Source: Paraspadella gotoi
Taxonomy: Eukaryota; Animalia; Chaetognatha
Direction of reading: 5' to 3'
DNA length: 64,000 nt
Assembly (NCBI GenBank): GCA_051294375.1
Contig: CM119267.1
Location: 21,887,486 to 21,951,485, forward strand
Of this stretch, positions 27,704 to 40,080 are shown piece by piece. Positions within the stretch are counted from its first letter, which is position 1. Each line of letters opens with the position of its first letter. The position numbers and the translations under genes were made by a program. The notes under the pieces are model-generated. The model was not told the origin of the DNA. It did not search any database and saw only the letters and a list, made by a program, of their open reading frames with translations.

Positions 27704-29600
27704 GAGAAGGAGAGAGAGAGGAGATGGGAGAGAAGGGAGGGAGAAATTGCGACGTGAGTGATATGGCTGAGTTCTAATCTACCGCATATTCCACTTTAGG
27801 CGAAGAGTGCCTTTAATTGGGCTGCGCCGGTATTCGAGTGGCGCTAATCCCCTGGTATCCGTGCTCGTAAGGAAAAATCCATTCCCCGACTCTGTTTCTG
27901 GGGAATACCCTACCTAGAGATTGAGAGGAATCACTGCGGTTTTCCTGGTGGGTATGGTGATATAAATTACCTCCTCTCTCCTGTGTTACTGAGAATGATG
28001 TGAGGAGGAAAGATAATCTCGAGAGCGCATGATGGGATTGAAGAGTTTCTTTTTAATCCCCTCATCGTGAGGTAGCGGGTAAAAACATTATAAATATAAA
28101 CCAGCGAACGAAGCTCGGAAAACGGGTAGATATCATTTTGGAGTATAGTGTGCGTGCGGAGGTATCTCTCCGTCTTGGGGAGGATAATATCCGCGGTAAA
28201 GGAAGGAGTTCCTTGGAAAAGATTTTTCTTCGCAGGTTGGGAGATGTTTAACTTTCCAGATATCGCGTTGGTCGGGTTGTGGGTTTAGCGATGTGGCTGC
28301 CTAGAAAGGATGAGGTCGAGGGAAAGTGATTCCGAAGCTCGTATAGTAATAAAAGGAGATCGTTCGCGGGGGCAAGGTAAATTCCCTTTCATTTTTTTAA
28401 TGAGGGGAGGGAACTCCGGAGGTCTCCGTAAATTAGATGGGTGAGTAGCGAATCCTCTTCGTGCGGCAGGAAAGTCTCGATCTGATATAAAGGTGGCAGA
28501 GAAGAGGGGGAGAAGATGCACGCGACGGCAGAGGGGAGAGGGAGATACCCTTGTGGGGGAAGGGGAAGGAATCCCGGGGTGATGAGGGGAGGATGAGAGA
28601 AATCCCATAGGGGCGAAGGAATCCCGCGTGGGGAGGAATCCCGTAGCAGGAGAGAGAGAGTGAGATCCGTTAGCGACGGTAGAGTCGACTGCCTCTCCTG
28701 TGGGAGAGGAATCTTCCGTTACGTTGGTCGAAGGCGGATTTTAAATCACCGATTCGTCCTGTGGCGCGTAGGCTACGTTGACGCACATGACAGTCAACCA
28801 CTCTAATTTCCGGGCCCGTAGATAATAAAAACGATCGTTAAATACCCTAATTATTTAAGGCTTAATATATTTATAACCGTAAAACGTACGGGATGAGTGC
28901 CATATGGGAGGTGAAGGGGTCCGGTGGAAAGGAGTAAGGTATAGGATAAATAGTAAGATAGTCCCCGAAAATATATATATAAAGGTAGGATATAATTTCT
29001 TATATATAATTTTCCCTAACAATCTCACGTAACCCCAATTCTACTCAAATTCATCTTGAAATCAATTAACTCATATTAAACTCAAATCTTGTGTATATAC
29101 CCGTTCCTAATCCTTGTCCGATCCTCTATTTTATCTCTCTAATATTTTAAATTATCGAAAAAATTAACTTTCCATCTCGTATTTCTATATTGTGTTACTT
29201 TCGTTAAAGGATACTAAGTGTGGCCCGTGGTTACTTGTGGCCCGGAAAATAATAGCCCATACTTCCTGTCGATTCCTTTCTTTTGTTTGTTTATATTCTT
29301 TCTTCATCCTCCCTCTCGGATTCCTCTCAAGTTCCATAACGATATCGTGACTACCTTCGCAATCCCCGTGACCTTCTCGCAACTCATTCCAGGCGTGAGA
29401 ATCCGGCGAAAAGAGGCATTTACCTACCCATTGGCACCAGTCGAATTCATACACATTATCCGTTTAAGTCGTACATTAACCATTTACGCGGCATTCAATT
29501 ACACTCGTTACGTGCGGTCAATTGGCATTCGACGATCTCCCTTTTCAAATATATATAAATATAAATATATATATAAATATATAATATATAAATATAAATA
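23455..29600 (+). repeat. Second, progressively error-rich copy of ~20590-23429 (probable low-quality long-read fill)
   Basis: 23455-24620 matches 20593-21790. Landmarks persist further on, e.g. TCCTTGAAACAAGAACA at ~26585 vs ~22628 and GGGAGGAATCCCG remnants to ~28645. Starts at a 25-N gap. Confidence 0.75.
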
Positions 29601-30274
29601 TAAATATATATAAATATATATTATTATAATCCCTAAAATCACTAACCCAATTATCAACCTTAATCATTAACCATAAACAAATCTTTAACCTTAACCTTCG
29701 ACCTAATCTTTAATTTAAAAAAATTAACTTAATTCTGAATCTAAGACGAAATGTGGCGTTCTGGGAAAATAAAGCCATCTTTTCCATTCCTTTCTTTTTT
29801 TTTATTCTTTCTCCTCCTTCATCCTTCGTCTTGTATCGACTCTTTCCCCCTTCCTCCGTCCCTCCCTCCCCTAACTTCATCCCCCTCCCTTCCTTCTCCC
29901 CCTCTACTCTCCTCCCCAACCCCCTCCTCCTCCCCTTCTACCACGAATGACGTTTAATTTATGCAAATTGGTTTTCTGTCTTGTCCCCTTCATGTTTCAT
30001 ACATGAAGAGGGAAATTGCCTCTGGTCGTATAGATTGTCTACCCTTTTTCGCCCTTTAACCTCTTTTTAACTTCGTGTCGCATTATTCACTCGGATCACT
30101 TTTCGTGAGCTCTTTACCATCCTTTCACGTTTATCACCGATTAATCCCCTTTTTTTCACAATGTGGCATCTCTTTTTTTTTTACATTCTCGGGATGAGAC
30201 TGAGTTGAGACTCAACCCTTGCACTGTGAACGTCCAATCTTTTCTCATCTCAACCCTTCTTCTTTTCGGCCTTA

Positions 30275-30451
30275 TTTTCCAAAACCACCAAATTTTAGCT
30301 GAAATTCATATTAAGATTATTATTTAGGTTTAATGATTAGCTTAGCGATTAGGGTTGGCTATTTGATTAAGAATTCAGTTAATTTGGATGAACAATCGGA
30401 TTAAATTCTAAAGTTTAAAATTAAGTTAAATGTTGGAGCGCTTTTAGAAAA
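30275..30451. mobile_element. MITE-like telomere-repeat family copy (short, diverged)
   Basis: TTTTCCAAAACCACCAAA / TTGGAGCGCTTTTAGAAAA ends with a TTAGGG-like interior. Confidence 0.4.
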
Positions 30452-32710
30452 ATAGTACCATTTATATTACCCATCTCAATTTCTTCGTTGTATCATCATC
30501 CAATCTATTCTTTCCCCTTTTTCCTCGTCTCAAACCGTTAAATCAAAAACCTTGGCCTCTGACAAAGAAGCGAGAGAAGAAAAACCGTCGACGAATCGCA
30601 GAGACGACGTGCGAATGCGCGCACGTTGACACACGCTGCGTGCATTTCTTTAGCACTCGCTCGAGAGATTTAAACGAAGAATTTAAACGTTTTTTTAAAA
30701 TATAATTAAATTTAATATATTCTTTAAAATATTAAGGACTCTGCAAGTTGTTAAACATATTTCATAAAATATGTAATATATTAAGGAAAATAGTTTTTTT
30801 TTTGAAAACCAAATCTTTTTTGCTTAAAGTAAGTACAAGGATGTACATTGTAGATTCCCCAATGGTTCACCTCTGATTCTCAATGCATGGAACGACCTTT
30901 CTGTCAAAACCTGGAATCGTCAAGAACCACGTTCCATCGGTTCAACTCAGCAATTTCTTTGTGTAACAATGCAAGGACGGACCTCTTTGAAAAAGAGAGA
31001 GAGAGAGAGGGAAAGAAAAGAAAGAGAGAAAAGAGAGAGAGAGAGATTTTCTTTTTTGTCGTCAATTCTTTCTCCTTACTTCTCCGGTTCCCAATCTCAT
31101 CTTCCTTCTTCGTCGTGAAAGATTTCACGTTGTGAGTCTCACTCGATTCTCGTTCACGAGGAAAAGTGAGACGCCGTGAATCTTCCTTCTTTTTGTTCAC
31201 GCGTGAGAAGCGACGAGAGATGCTTGAAACGTGAAGCGGTATATGGATCACATCCTTCGTCGCTAAATATGAGACTGAATTTTTCTGTCTTTCTTGAGAC
31301 GCGAGACAAAATCATAATATTATGCTAGTGAAATCGGTTGTAAATGAATATTTTATTATCAAAATAGAAGTTTTCGAGTCACTTTACCCAAAGCAAGTTT
31401 TATATTCATAATGTTTTTATAATATTAATGTTAATCCCTAACCAAAATCCTTTACCTATGTTAATCCTAACCCTAACCTTTATAACTAAACTTTAACCCT
31501 TAACCCTTAACCCTAAACCCTAATCCCTAATCCCTAACCCTAATTACCAGACATATCCCTCACCTTAAATAATAACCTCACTTTTAATCTATCTTTACCT
31601 TTATTTATATAGACTTGATTTCGAATTTAAGATGAAACAGGTCGCTTTGGAAAAAAAAAGCCAAGTTTTCTTTATATATCCCCTTAAAAATTTGTCCGTA
31701 AAGGGTCAAAATTTTCGGACTTCTCGAGTACGGACTCGGATACGGACATCGACCCGGACAGGTTTTCACAACCGCCGCTATTTTGAACGAATGCGTCAAC
31801 GAATCTCGTTCTCCATTCCGCCTGTTTTACAATTTACAATTTACAATGAGATCTGAAGTCGCGAAGTTGAATTGTAAATGGCGTTGACAGAGAGAAGTTT
31901 GCATTCTATTACGAGGAGGAAGTTTGAATCACTCTAGGTCTCGGTATTTTAATCCGGATTTTTACCACCGCTTTCATGTTTACGCGCTGGGAGATACGTT
32001 TCTTTAACGCTCGATACTTTTATAACTTATTTTATAAAATTCCTTTTAGTTAAATCTGATTAGTGAAATTAAAAGAGTGCTCGAAAAATCTGAAAAGTCT
32101 GAAAAGTTGGAGAATTTGAATTAAAACTAAATTTTCGCGAAGTAAATTGAGACGAATGACGTTATAATTTTTAATATTATTCGTTTAATTTTTTTTTTTT
32201 CGCACGATTTACGCTTCAACCTTTTTTCCCCCCCCCAACTCTTCAAGAATCATCGTTCAACAATTTCTACGCGAGATGTCTCTTGCTTTCATCGCATTGT
32301 CGTTTTGTTTTTTTGTTTTTTTCCCCGCGCGAATCGTTCGCTTCTTTTGTTTTTGTTTTTCTTCGGTCGTAAAATAAAAACTCTTGCGGCGTAAAAGTCG
32401 AAATAAAAGAAGATGATGGGGAAATACAACATCATCGTTAAACATGAATACAGTAATCAGTATGAAAACAGAGAGAGAGAGAGAGAGAGAGAGGTGAGAG
32501 AGATGCATGGTTTTTAGCACTTTCTCACTAATGGAATTCTTTCGAAGGAGGAAATATGATTTTGGTTTTCAGGCCAATTTTTTTTAAATTTAACTTTTAG
32601 CGTCAAAAAGCTGTTTATCTTTTTTTCCCTAAAACATAAAAAAATCAGACTTTCCATTTCCTTGAACCTCAAAACTCTTAAAGCGACTTACCTCACCGTG
32701 TTTTGGCTAA

Positions 32711-32750
<40 letters not shown>

Positions 32751-32852
32751 AGCCAAACGAGGAAAAAAAAACTGTTTTGAGGGGTGAAATTGCTCCTCCA
32801 ATTTCGCCTCCTTTTTTTTCTCAAAATCTCTTGACAATTTTTTTAAAAAGAA

Positions 32853-32915
<63 letters not shown>

Positions 32916-33730
32916 ACTTTTCACTTCGGATTAAAGCTTTCCATCGGTTCCATTACCGTTTTTAAAGAATCTCCTTTTTTATTTTTAAATCTTATTTCTG
33001 GATTTAGTGACGAACTTTTATATTACTTTTTCGTTTGATACAATTCAGTTTTACTTTAATAGTTTTTGTTCCTTAATCCTTTAAATTAATTTTAACCCTA
33101 ATGTTTGACCCTTATCAGTAACTAAACTCTTCACCAAATACCTTTCCGAACCCTACCCTGAACCCTAAGCCCTAAACTCTAACCCTCACCCCAAACCCTA
33201 AATCTGAGTCCCTAATTACTAACCAAATCTCTAACCCTAATTATTAACCAAATCCCGAAAGCGAGCCTCTCACCTATATTTATTACCGAAACACTTAACT
33301 TAATTCCTAATTAAAGTTGAAATGGGCTCGAAGTTATGGGTCGACTAATTAATTGATCTTTGCCTTACCTTATTACTTACTCGAATTATCCTGACTTTTT
33401 TTCTCTCGCCACTGCACTGCCATCCAACGCTTACGAATCAACAAGTAACGAGTTTTTGCCTTCAAAAACTCACCTCTTTCTCTGCCTTCACACTCTTTTA
33501 TATTTTTGCTCTAACTCACTTTTTCTCTTCCGAACTTACCCCCTTTAACTCTTCGTCCGAATGAAATCCCCGCTGAGGAAAGTTTTTTCTTAGTTTATCT
33601 GGATATTTAATTGCCATCGAAAAATTTTTAACCCCCCCTTCTGTTTAATGGCGTGGCGGAGAGAGAACGTGAGAGAGAGAGGAGAGAAGGAAGAGAGAAT
33701 GAGAGCAGATGAGAGACGAGAAGAGGAGAG

Positions 33731-33762
<32 letters not shown>

Positions 33763-33993
33763 AAGAGAAAGAGAAAGAAAGAGAGAGAGAAAGAGAAGGA
33801 GAAAGAAAGGAGAGGGGAAGAGGAGGAGAGGGAGAGAGAGAGAAGAGAAGAAGAGAGAGAGGAGTGAAAGCTCGAGGAGAGATGCAGAGAGGAGAGAGAG
33901 GAGAGAAGAGGGAGGATGAGAGACGAGAGGGAGGGAGGAGAGGAGAGACGAGCACAGCGCCTTACAATGACTTTTTTACTCATTTTATCCTGG

Positions 33994-34260
33994 TTATTGC
34001 CGCCGCGCAGACTCGCGAGGCAACTCTGATAAGTCTCTTTCGGCGGTCTGTTTGGTCGGTCTGTTCCGTCCGTCAGTCGATCGGTCTGTCCCATCTTTAA
34101 TTAAAAATGGTAAAATTGCCTATAAGTTATTCATTTTGTTAAGACAGAAAAAAACTCTCAACTCTAAGGACTCAAAGCCGCCGCCTTCAGGGAATTCCTA
34201 AAACTATAGAGGAATAAAAGTAATGCGGCGCAAAACCTTGGAATATAACCGTTCCTTGTT
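33994..34260 (+). mobile_element. HINE/DINE-1-like element, second copy
   Basis: Shares GCAACTCT.ATAAGTC, GTCY repeats, TGTTAAGACAGAAAAAA..CGCCGCCTTCAGG and the GCGGCGCAA..CTTGTT end with 35204-35565. Confidence 0.55.
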
Positions 34261-34599
34261 TTTACGTTTTTAACTTTTCATAACTTCTTTTTATTTTTTA
34301 TCACATTTCCGCCAATTTCCCCGTGATTTCAATTCAAATTTTTTCAACGGAATCTCCTTCCTCCCGCGTTTCCTTCCTCTCCCATTTTTCCTCCCTTTAA
34401 CCTTCCCGACCCCATCTCCCCCTTTCCGACCTCATCCCCCCTTCCCAACCATGCCAAACAACTGACTTATGATTTCATCGTTTGACCCTAAACTAAAAAC
34501 GCTTTCTTTCTTTTCTCATCTTCTTTTCTCTTTCGCCCGCGCCTCTCGGTCTCAAGTTTGCTATATAACGTGTCAGCCGTCTCTCTCTTCTCCTCTCTC

Positions 34600-34642
<43 letters not shown>

Positions 34643-35203
34643 CTCTCTCTCTTCTCAAAGGCTACATCTACACGAGAAAATATTTTTTCCTTTTTTTTTT
34701 GTCGATAAACTTTTATCCCTTGAGGGCGTCGACGTTAAAGGGTTAGTAGATGAAAGACTCACGAAGCGGGTCATGGGGAGAGGGCGAAGTTGAAAAGGTG
34801 GGAGCAGCGCAAATGGGGGGAAAGAGGAGGGGGGCGAGGGAAGTAGCTCAAGGGGGGTGTTCATAGATGAGATAATAAGTGGTTTTTCTGCAGTTTCATT
34901 TTTTTTTATGTTTTTGAATTTTGACATTTTTTTCCTTTCTTTTCTTCTTTTTCATCGCTGCCCTAATTTTAATTTTATTTTAATATAACCCATTCGAATT
35001 GTTTATTTTATTTACTTGTTATATTTTGTACATCATACTTAATACAAAATAAAACAGTCTGATGATACATCTCAATTAACTTTGGATTCCATTCAGTAAG
35101 TATGTAATTCTATACTGTCGGAAATCTCTTGTTATACATTCTCATATGCATAATCGTTTGACATTCCTTGACCTTGTCTCTGATTCACTTATCATTTCAA
35201 TAT

Positions 35204-35565
35204 TTAGTTGCGCCACGAGTACTGGCGGAGCAACTCTATAAGTCACTTTTCGGTCGGTCGGTCCGTCTGTCCCACTTACATTAAAAATGCATATAATTTC
35301 CCTATAGTTGGTTGCTCTTTTGTTAAGACAGAAAAAACCTCAAATCTAAGTGACTGCAAGCGCCGCCTTCAGGAAATCTTAAAACTAAAATAGAATAAAA
35401 GACGGAATTTTGATGCAGTGCATGTCATAAATATATGGGCTAAGAAAGTTATTGTAGTTATGTAGTCATGTTATGTCACGTCATGTCAAGTCATGTCATG
35501 TCACGAGAAATACACGTGATAAGGCAGTCACTGCGGCGCAACACATTTGATTTACCGTTCTTGTT
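35204..35565 (+). mobile_element. Helentron-associated interspersed element (HINE/DINE-1-like)
   Basis: T-rich flank; sub-terminal IR GTTGCGCCAC / GCGGCGCAAC; ACTCTATAAG core; (GGTC/GTCY)n microsatellite; CTTGTT end. Homologous to 33994-34260. Confidence 0.6.
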
Positions 35566-36309
35566 AATCTTTTAGTCGAAGCAAGAAAACAAATTTGCGA
35601 CGAGAAAATCCAAAGAAGGGAATTTTTTTTTCCATTTCTTTTTTTTAACTTTCGATTTTCGCTTTGCATTTGTCGTCGTCGCTATCGTCGTCGTCGTCGC
35701 TATCGTCGTCGTCGTCGTTGCTGTCGTCGTCGTCGTTTTTATCGATTCAATATTATCTACATTTTTTTCATTTTAAAGGAAACAAAAACTAACATAGGAA
35801 AGATGTTATGGATTTGCGCTCTCTCTCGCACTCTCTCTCTCTCTCCTCTCGTCTCTCTCTCTGCTCTCTCATCTCTCGTCTCTCCTCTCTCGCTCTCGTC
35901 TCTCTCTCTCTCTCTGTGGGGCTTCTCTTGGCGTCAAAGACTCAAAAGAAAAAGAAGAAAGATTATTATTTATTCTTCTTGTTTTATTGGGTTTTTTTTA
36001 ATTTCTTCTTGGTTTTATTTATTTATTTTTTTATTTTTACTTTTTTTAGTTTTTTTGTTTATCGAGTTTCCTTTTACGAGGCTTGTCAAATTTATTTCAT
36101 GTTAATTTTCGTCATAAATTTGAAAAAGAAATTAAATAGANNNNNNNNNNNNNNNNNNNNNNNNNNNNNNNNNNNNNNNNNNNNNNNNNNNNNNNNNNNN
36201 NNNNNNNNNNNNNNNNNNNNNNNNNNNNNNNNNNNNNNNNNNNNNNNNNNNNNNNNNNNNNNNNNNNNNNNNNNNNNNNNNNNNNNNNNNNNNNNNNNNN
36301 NNGAGAGAG

Positions 36310-37466
36310 ATGTAAATAACGGGAAGCAAGAAATTATGTCAACGAAAATAGCAAGGCGAGTCAGTTTAAGTCCGACACAGACTGATTACCATCTCTCTCT
36401 CTCTCGGTCTCCCCCTCTCCACCCTTCATATCTCTACCTCTCCTTATTTCTTTTTTCATTGGTCTCTCTCTCTCCCTCCTCTTTTTCCGTCGTCTCTCTC
36501 TCTCTCTCCCTCCCTCCAATAAAGCCCCCAGGGTGATGTGCTGAAAAGAGATTTCCGTCTCGGATCAAAGATCAGCGACGATCAAAAAGCGAGGGATCGT
36601 TTTCACTGTCGTCGTCGTCGTCGTCGTCGTCATTGTCGTCGTCGTCGTCGTCGTCGTCATTGTCGTCGTCGTCGTCGTCGTCACCCTCCTCTGTTCTCTA
36701 GTCAACTGCGTCATCGTATCAATTCCGAATTTTCATTCCCCTTTCGTAATAACTTTTTTATATAAATATATAAATATAAATCACTTAGCTTCGATGCAAA
36801 TGCTAAAGAAATTTGTACTTTGGACAGGCTAAGTTGGAGCCATAGCCATAGCCATAGCCATAGCCATTGTCCAACACACTTACACTTACTTTCAATCAAG
36901 ACTCTTTCTCAGTCTCTCTCTTTATTCACTCCCAGAGTAACTGGCTTCCCTATATAGTATATAGTATATATTATACAGTATATAATTATTGGTTTTACGT
37001 ATTTCATAACGCTTAGCTTTGATGATAAAGCCGAGAACATTAAAGAATTGTTAAAACTGTTTAAAACTATTATACTTATATCACTTCATTAATATGGAAC
37101 CCAATTTTTATATTGGTTAAATACAAATCCTTAGGTAGGAGTACAACAACAAAGTCGTTCATATTGCTGTATTTCTTCATCGTCAATGTTGCTGCGGTTG
37201 TTGTTTTAGTTGACATGGTAATTGTCCTTGTCGTCGTCGTCGTTGTCGTCGATATCGTCGTCGTCTTCCCTGCCATTCCTCCCCTTTCCCCAAAAAAACT
37301 CTCCGCATGCCCTCTATGGCCCCTTGGCCTTATTGGCCTCATTTCGGTTTGGCCTTATTGGCCTCGGTCTTTTCTTGGCCTTCGTCTCGTCGATTCGACG
37401 CCTGGGGTTCGTTCTCTCGGGGTCACCCTCTAGTCTGACTCTCTCACCTTAGAATCTCGTAATGAA

Positions 37467-37504
<38 letters not shown>

Positions 37505-39507
37505 NNNNNNNNNNNNNNNNNNNNNNNNNTGTAAATAGGGAAGCAAGAAATTATGTCAACGAAAATAGCAAGGCGAGTCAGTTTAAGTCCGACACAGACT
37601 GATTACCATCTCTCTCTCTCTCGGTCTCCCCCTCTCACCCCTTCTAGTATCTTAACCGCTCTCCGTTTTTTCTTTTTTCATTGTGTCTCTCTCTCTCAGT
37701 CCTCTCTCTGTTTCTCTTCCGTTTCGTTTCCTGCTCTGCTCTTTCCTCTATTCTCCCTCCACTATTCCTAAAAGCCCCCATGGTGATGTGCTTGAATAGA
37801 GAGACTTTCCGTCTCGGATTCAAAGTCTCAGCCGACGATCATAAAAAGCGAGGGATCGTTCTTCAATCGTGTCGTCGTCCGTCGTGCGTCTTCATATTGG
37901 TCGTCTACTACTGGCACGTCGTCGTCGTTCGTCGTCATTGTCGTCGTCGTCGTCGTCGTCAACCCTCCTCTGTTCTCATAGTCAACTGCGTATCGTATCA
38001 ATTCCGAATGTTTCATTCCCCTTTCGTAATAACTTTGTCTTATCTCATATATAACATATATCGCCTTGAGCGCTTCGGATGCAATGCTCAGGAAGAGTTG
38101 TACTAGTTGACAGGCCACAGATTGTGAAAGCACACCAGTGCACTAAAGCCGAGTAGCCAATATGCCAGTAATTAGAATCCAAAGCAATATACTTAAACAC
38201 CTGTACTTTTCCATCAAGTCCTCCTTTCTTCAGTCGTGCTCTCATCTGTGAGTTCACTCCCTGTAACTTTGAGCCTTACGCTGAAGATACAATATATCAT
38301 CATTAGACCCAAATAATTATCTTACGCATATAATATTTACGTATTCATACGACTTAGCTTGATGATAAAGCCGGAGAACATTATTTGTTTAAGAACATGT
38401 TATAAAAATCTCATTTGACTCTCTCTCTCCTTAGTATTCACGATATTCATTTAATGAGTGGAACGCTCATAACAAATTTTTGTGGTTGTTTATTATTCGC
38501 GTTAAAATACAAAATCCTTTGGTTATGTGTATCCAACATTACTCAAACGTACGCATACTCATATTGCTGTATCCGTTCTTCATGCTCACACTCACAAAAT
38601 GTTGCTGCCGGTGGTTGTCTTTTAGATTTGAGGGTATTTGGTGATTGTCTCTTGTTCGTCGGTTTTTGCGATCTGTGTATTCGTTCGACTATGGTCGCTC
38701 GTGCTTTGCGGCTAATGCACATTCCTCCCCTTTCCCCAAAACTCTACCCAGCATATGACGCACCTTTTGCTATGCTCGTTCCCTCGCTTGGTTGAGGTTT
38801 TCTCGGTACCTTAAACATTTCCAGAAGTATGGACTCTTATGTTGTGTCTCTCGGGGGGGGTTTTTCTGTCCAGTTGTTTGAGGAACAGTCCTCTGTTTTT
38901 TCGCAGTTGTGTGATCGTTTCCTACGTTCTAATCTCCTCGAGATACGGACATGAGAGGCTAATATGTTCGCATCTCGGATTGCTCACCCATAGCGGATGA
39001 CTGAATCGTTCACTCTCCTATATATACACTCTCGTAATGTGCTAATCTAATACTGATATATAGATATACTGATAAGTCGATATTAAATATGCATATTGGA
39101 ATTAGTAATTATATCCGGTTAGCTAATATAATATGAGGTTTCGTAAATTATATCTGCCCAGGATTAGATCACGCACTCATCTAGATTATGGGTGCAGACC
39201 GCTGAATTATACTTCTATTATTATCGATATAGATAGATTAGCTATACGAAAATAGTATACTTATAGATTAGCATTAGTAGTTATCATAATAGAATAAAAG
39301 ATTATACGTATAAATCATTTAAGAATAGATTAGACTTAGATTAGATAGTACTATAATATCGTTAGACTATGATAGAATATCGATATAGTATAGATATTAA
39401 TAGTCTAGATATTCATCTAATCTATAGATCTTATGCTATATCTAATTCAGTCTATGAATCATATATATCGAATATCGATAGATCATTTATATACTTAAAG
39501 ATAAGTA

Positions 39508-39540
<33 letters not shown>
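36310..39540 (+). repeat. 36310-37504 duplicated after a 25-N gap as a noisy copy at 37530-39540
   Basis: Both start TGTAAATA..GGGAAGCAAGAAATTATGTCAACG and end in (TAGA)n. Confidence 0.85.
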
Positions 39541-39544
<4 letters not shown>

Positions 39545-39810
39545 GAAAAAAAAAACTTTTTCTTCCTTGAGAATCAGTCGTTTTTCTCTGTCGATCCAGG
39601 AAAGAAGTAGGATCCCAAAATAAACAAACTTCCTCCCTGCCGAAAAAACAAAAGATCAATCTTGATTTTTACGAAACTCAACAAAAGATCAATCTTATTT
39701 TTATTTCGCGTCGATGTCTCATCAAAAAAAAAACACACACACACAATATGTTTTTGTGGCGCGGGTGTGAAAAGGAAAACAGTCTCGGGAATAACCCACA
39801 ATGAACTCAC

Positions 39811-39972
39811 ATCACTGATCAAATGATATTTCAGATGGTAGGTTTTGTCTTCACTGAAAGCGAGACGTCCTGATGGAGTACGTTTAACTTTACATACTTT
39901 TACTGTGTTATTGCCCTGCGCCGCGGCCTGTGGCCATAATTTGCGTGTTGAAGCTAACGAATGACCCGAATG
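39811..39972 (-). CDS. Isolated candidate internal exon (54 codons, phase 0/0), weakly C-type-lectin-like
   Basis: TTTGTTACAG acceptor and GTGAGT donor; open frame HSGHSLASTRKLWPQAAAQGNNTVKVCKVKRTPSGRLAFSEDKTYHLKYHLISD. No partner exons found. Confidence 0.3.
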
Positions 39973-40043
39973 CTGTAACAAATACAAGAAATACATGCGG
40001 GACGGCAGGAAGTCGGCTCAACCATCTAAAACGAGAAAACCGA

Positions 40044-40080
<37 letters not shown>

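Noticed and set aside
24620-29500. Apparently unique, ORF-containing sequence
   Set aside because: Retains scattered landmarks of 21700-23429, so it is best explained as a very noisy copy; the ORFs are unrecognisable.
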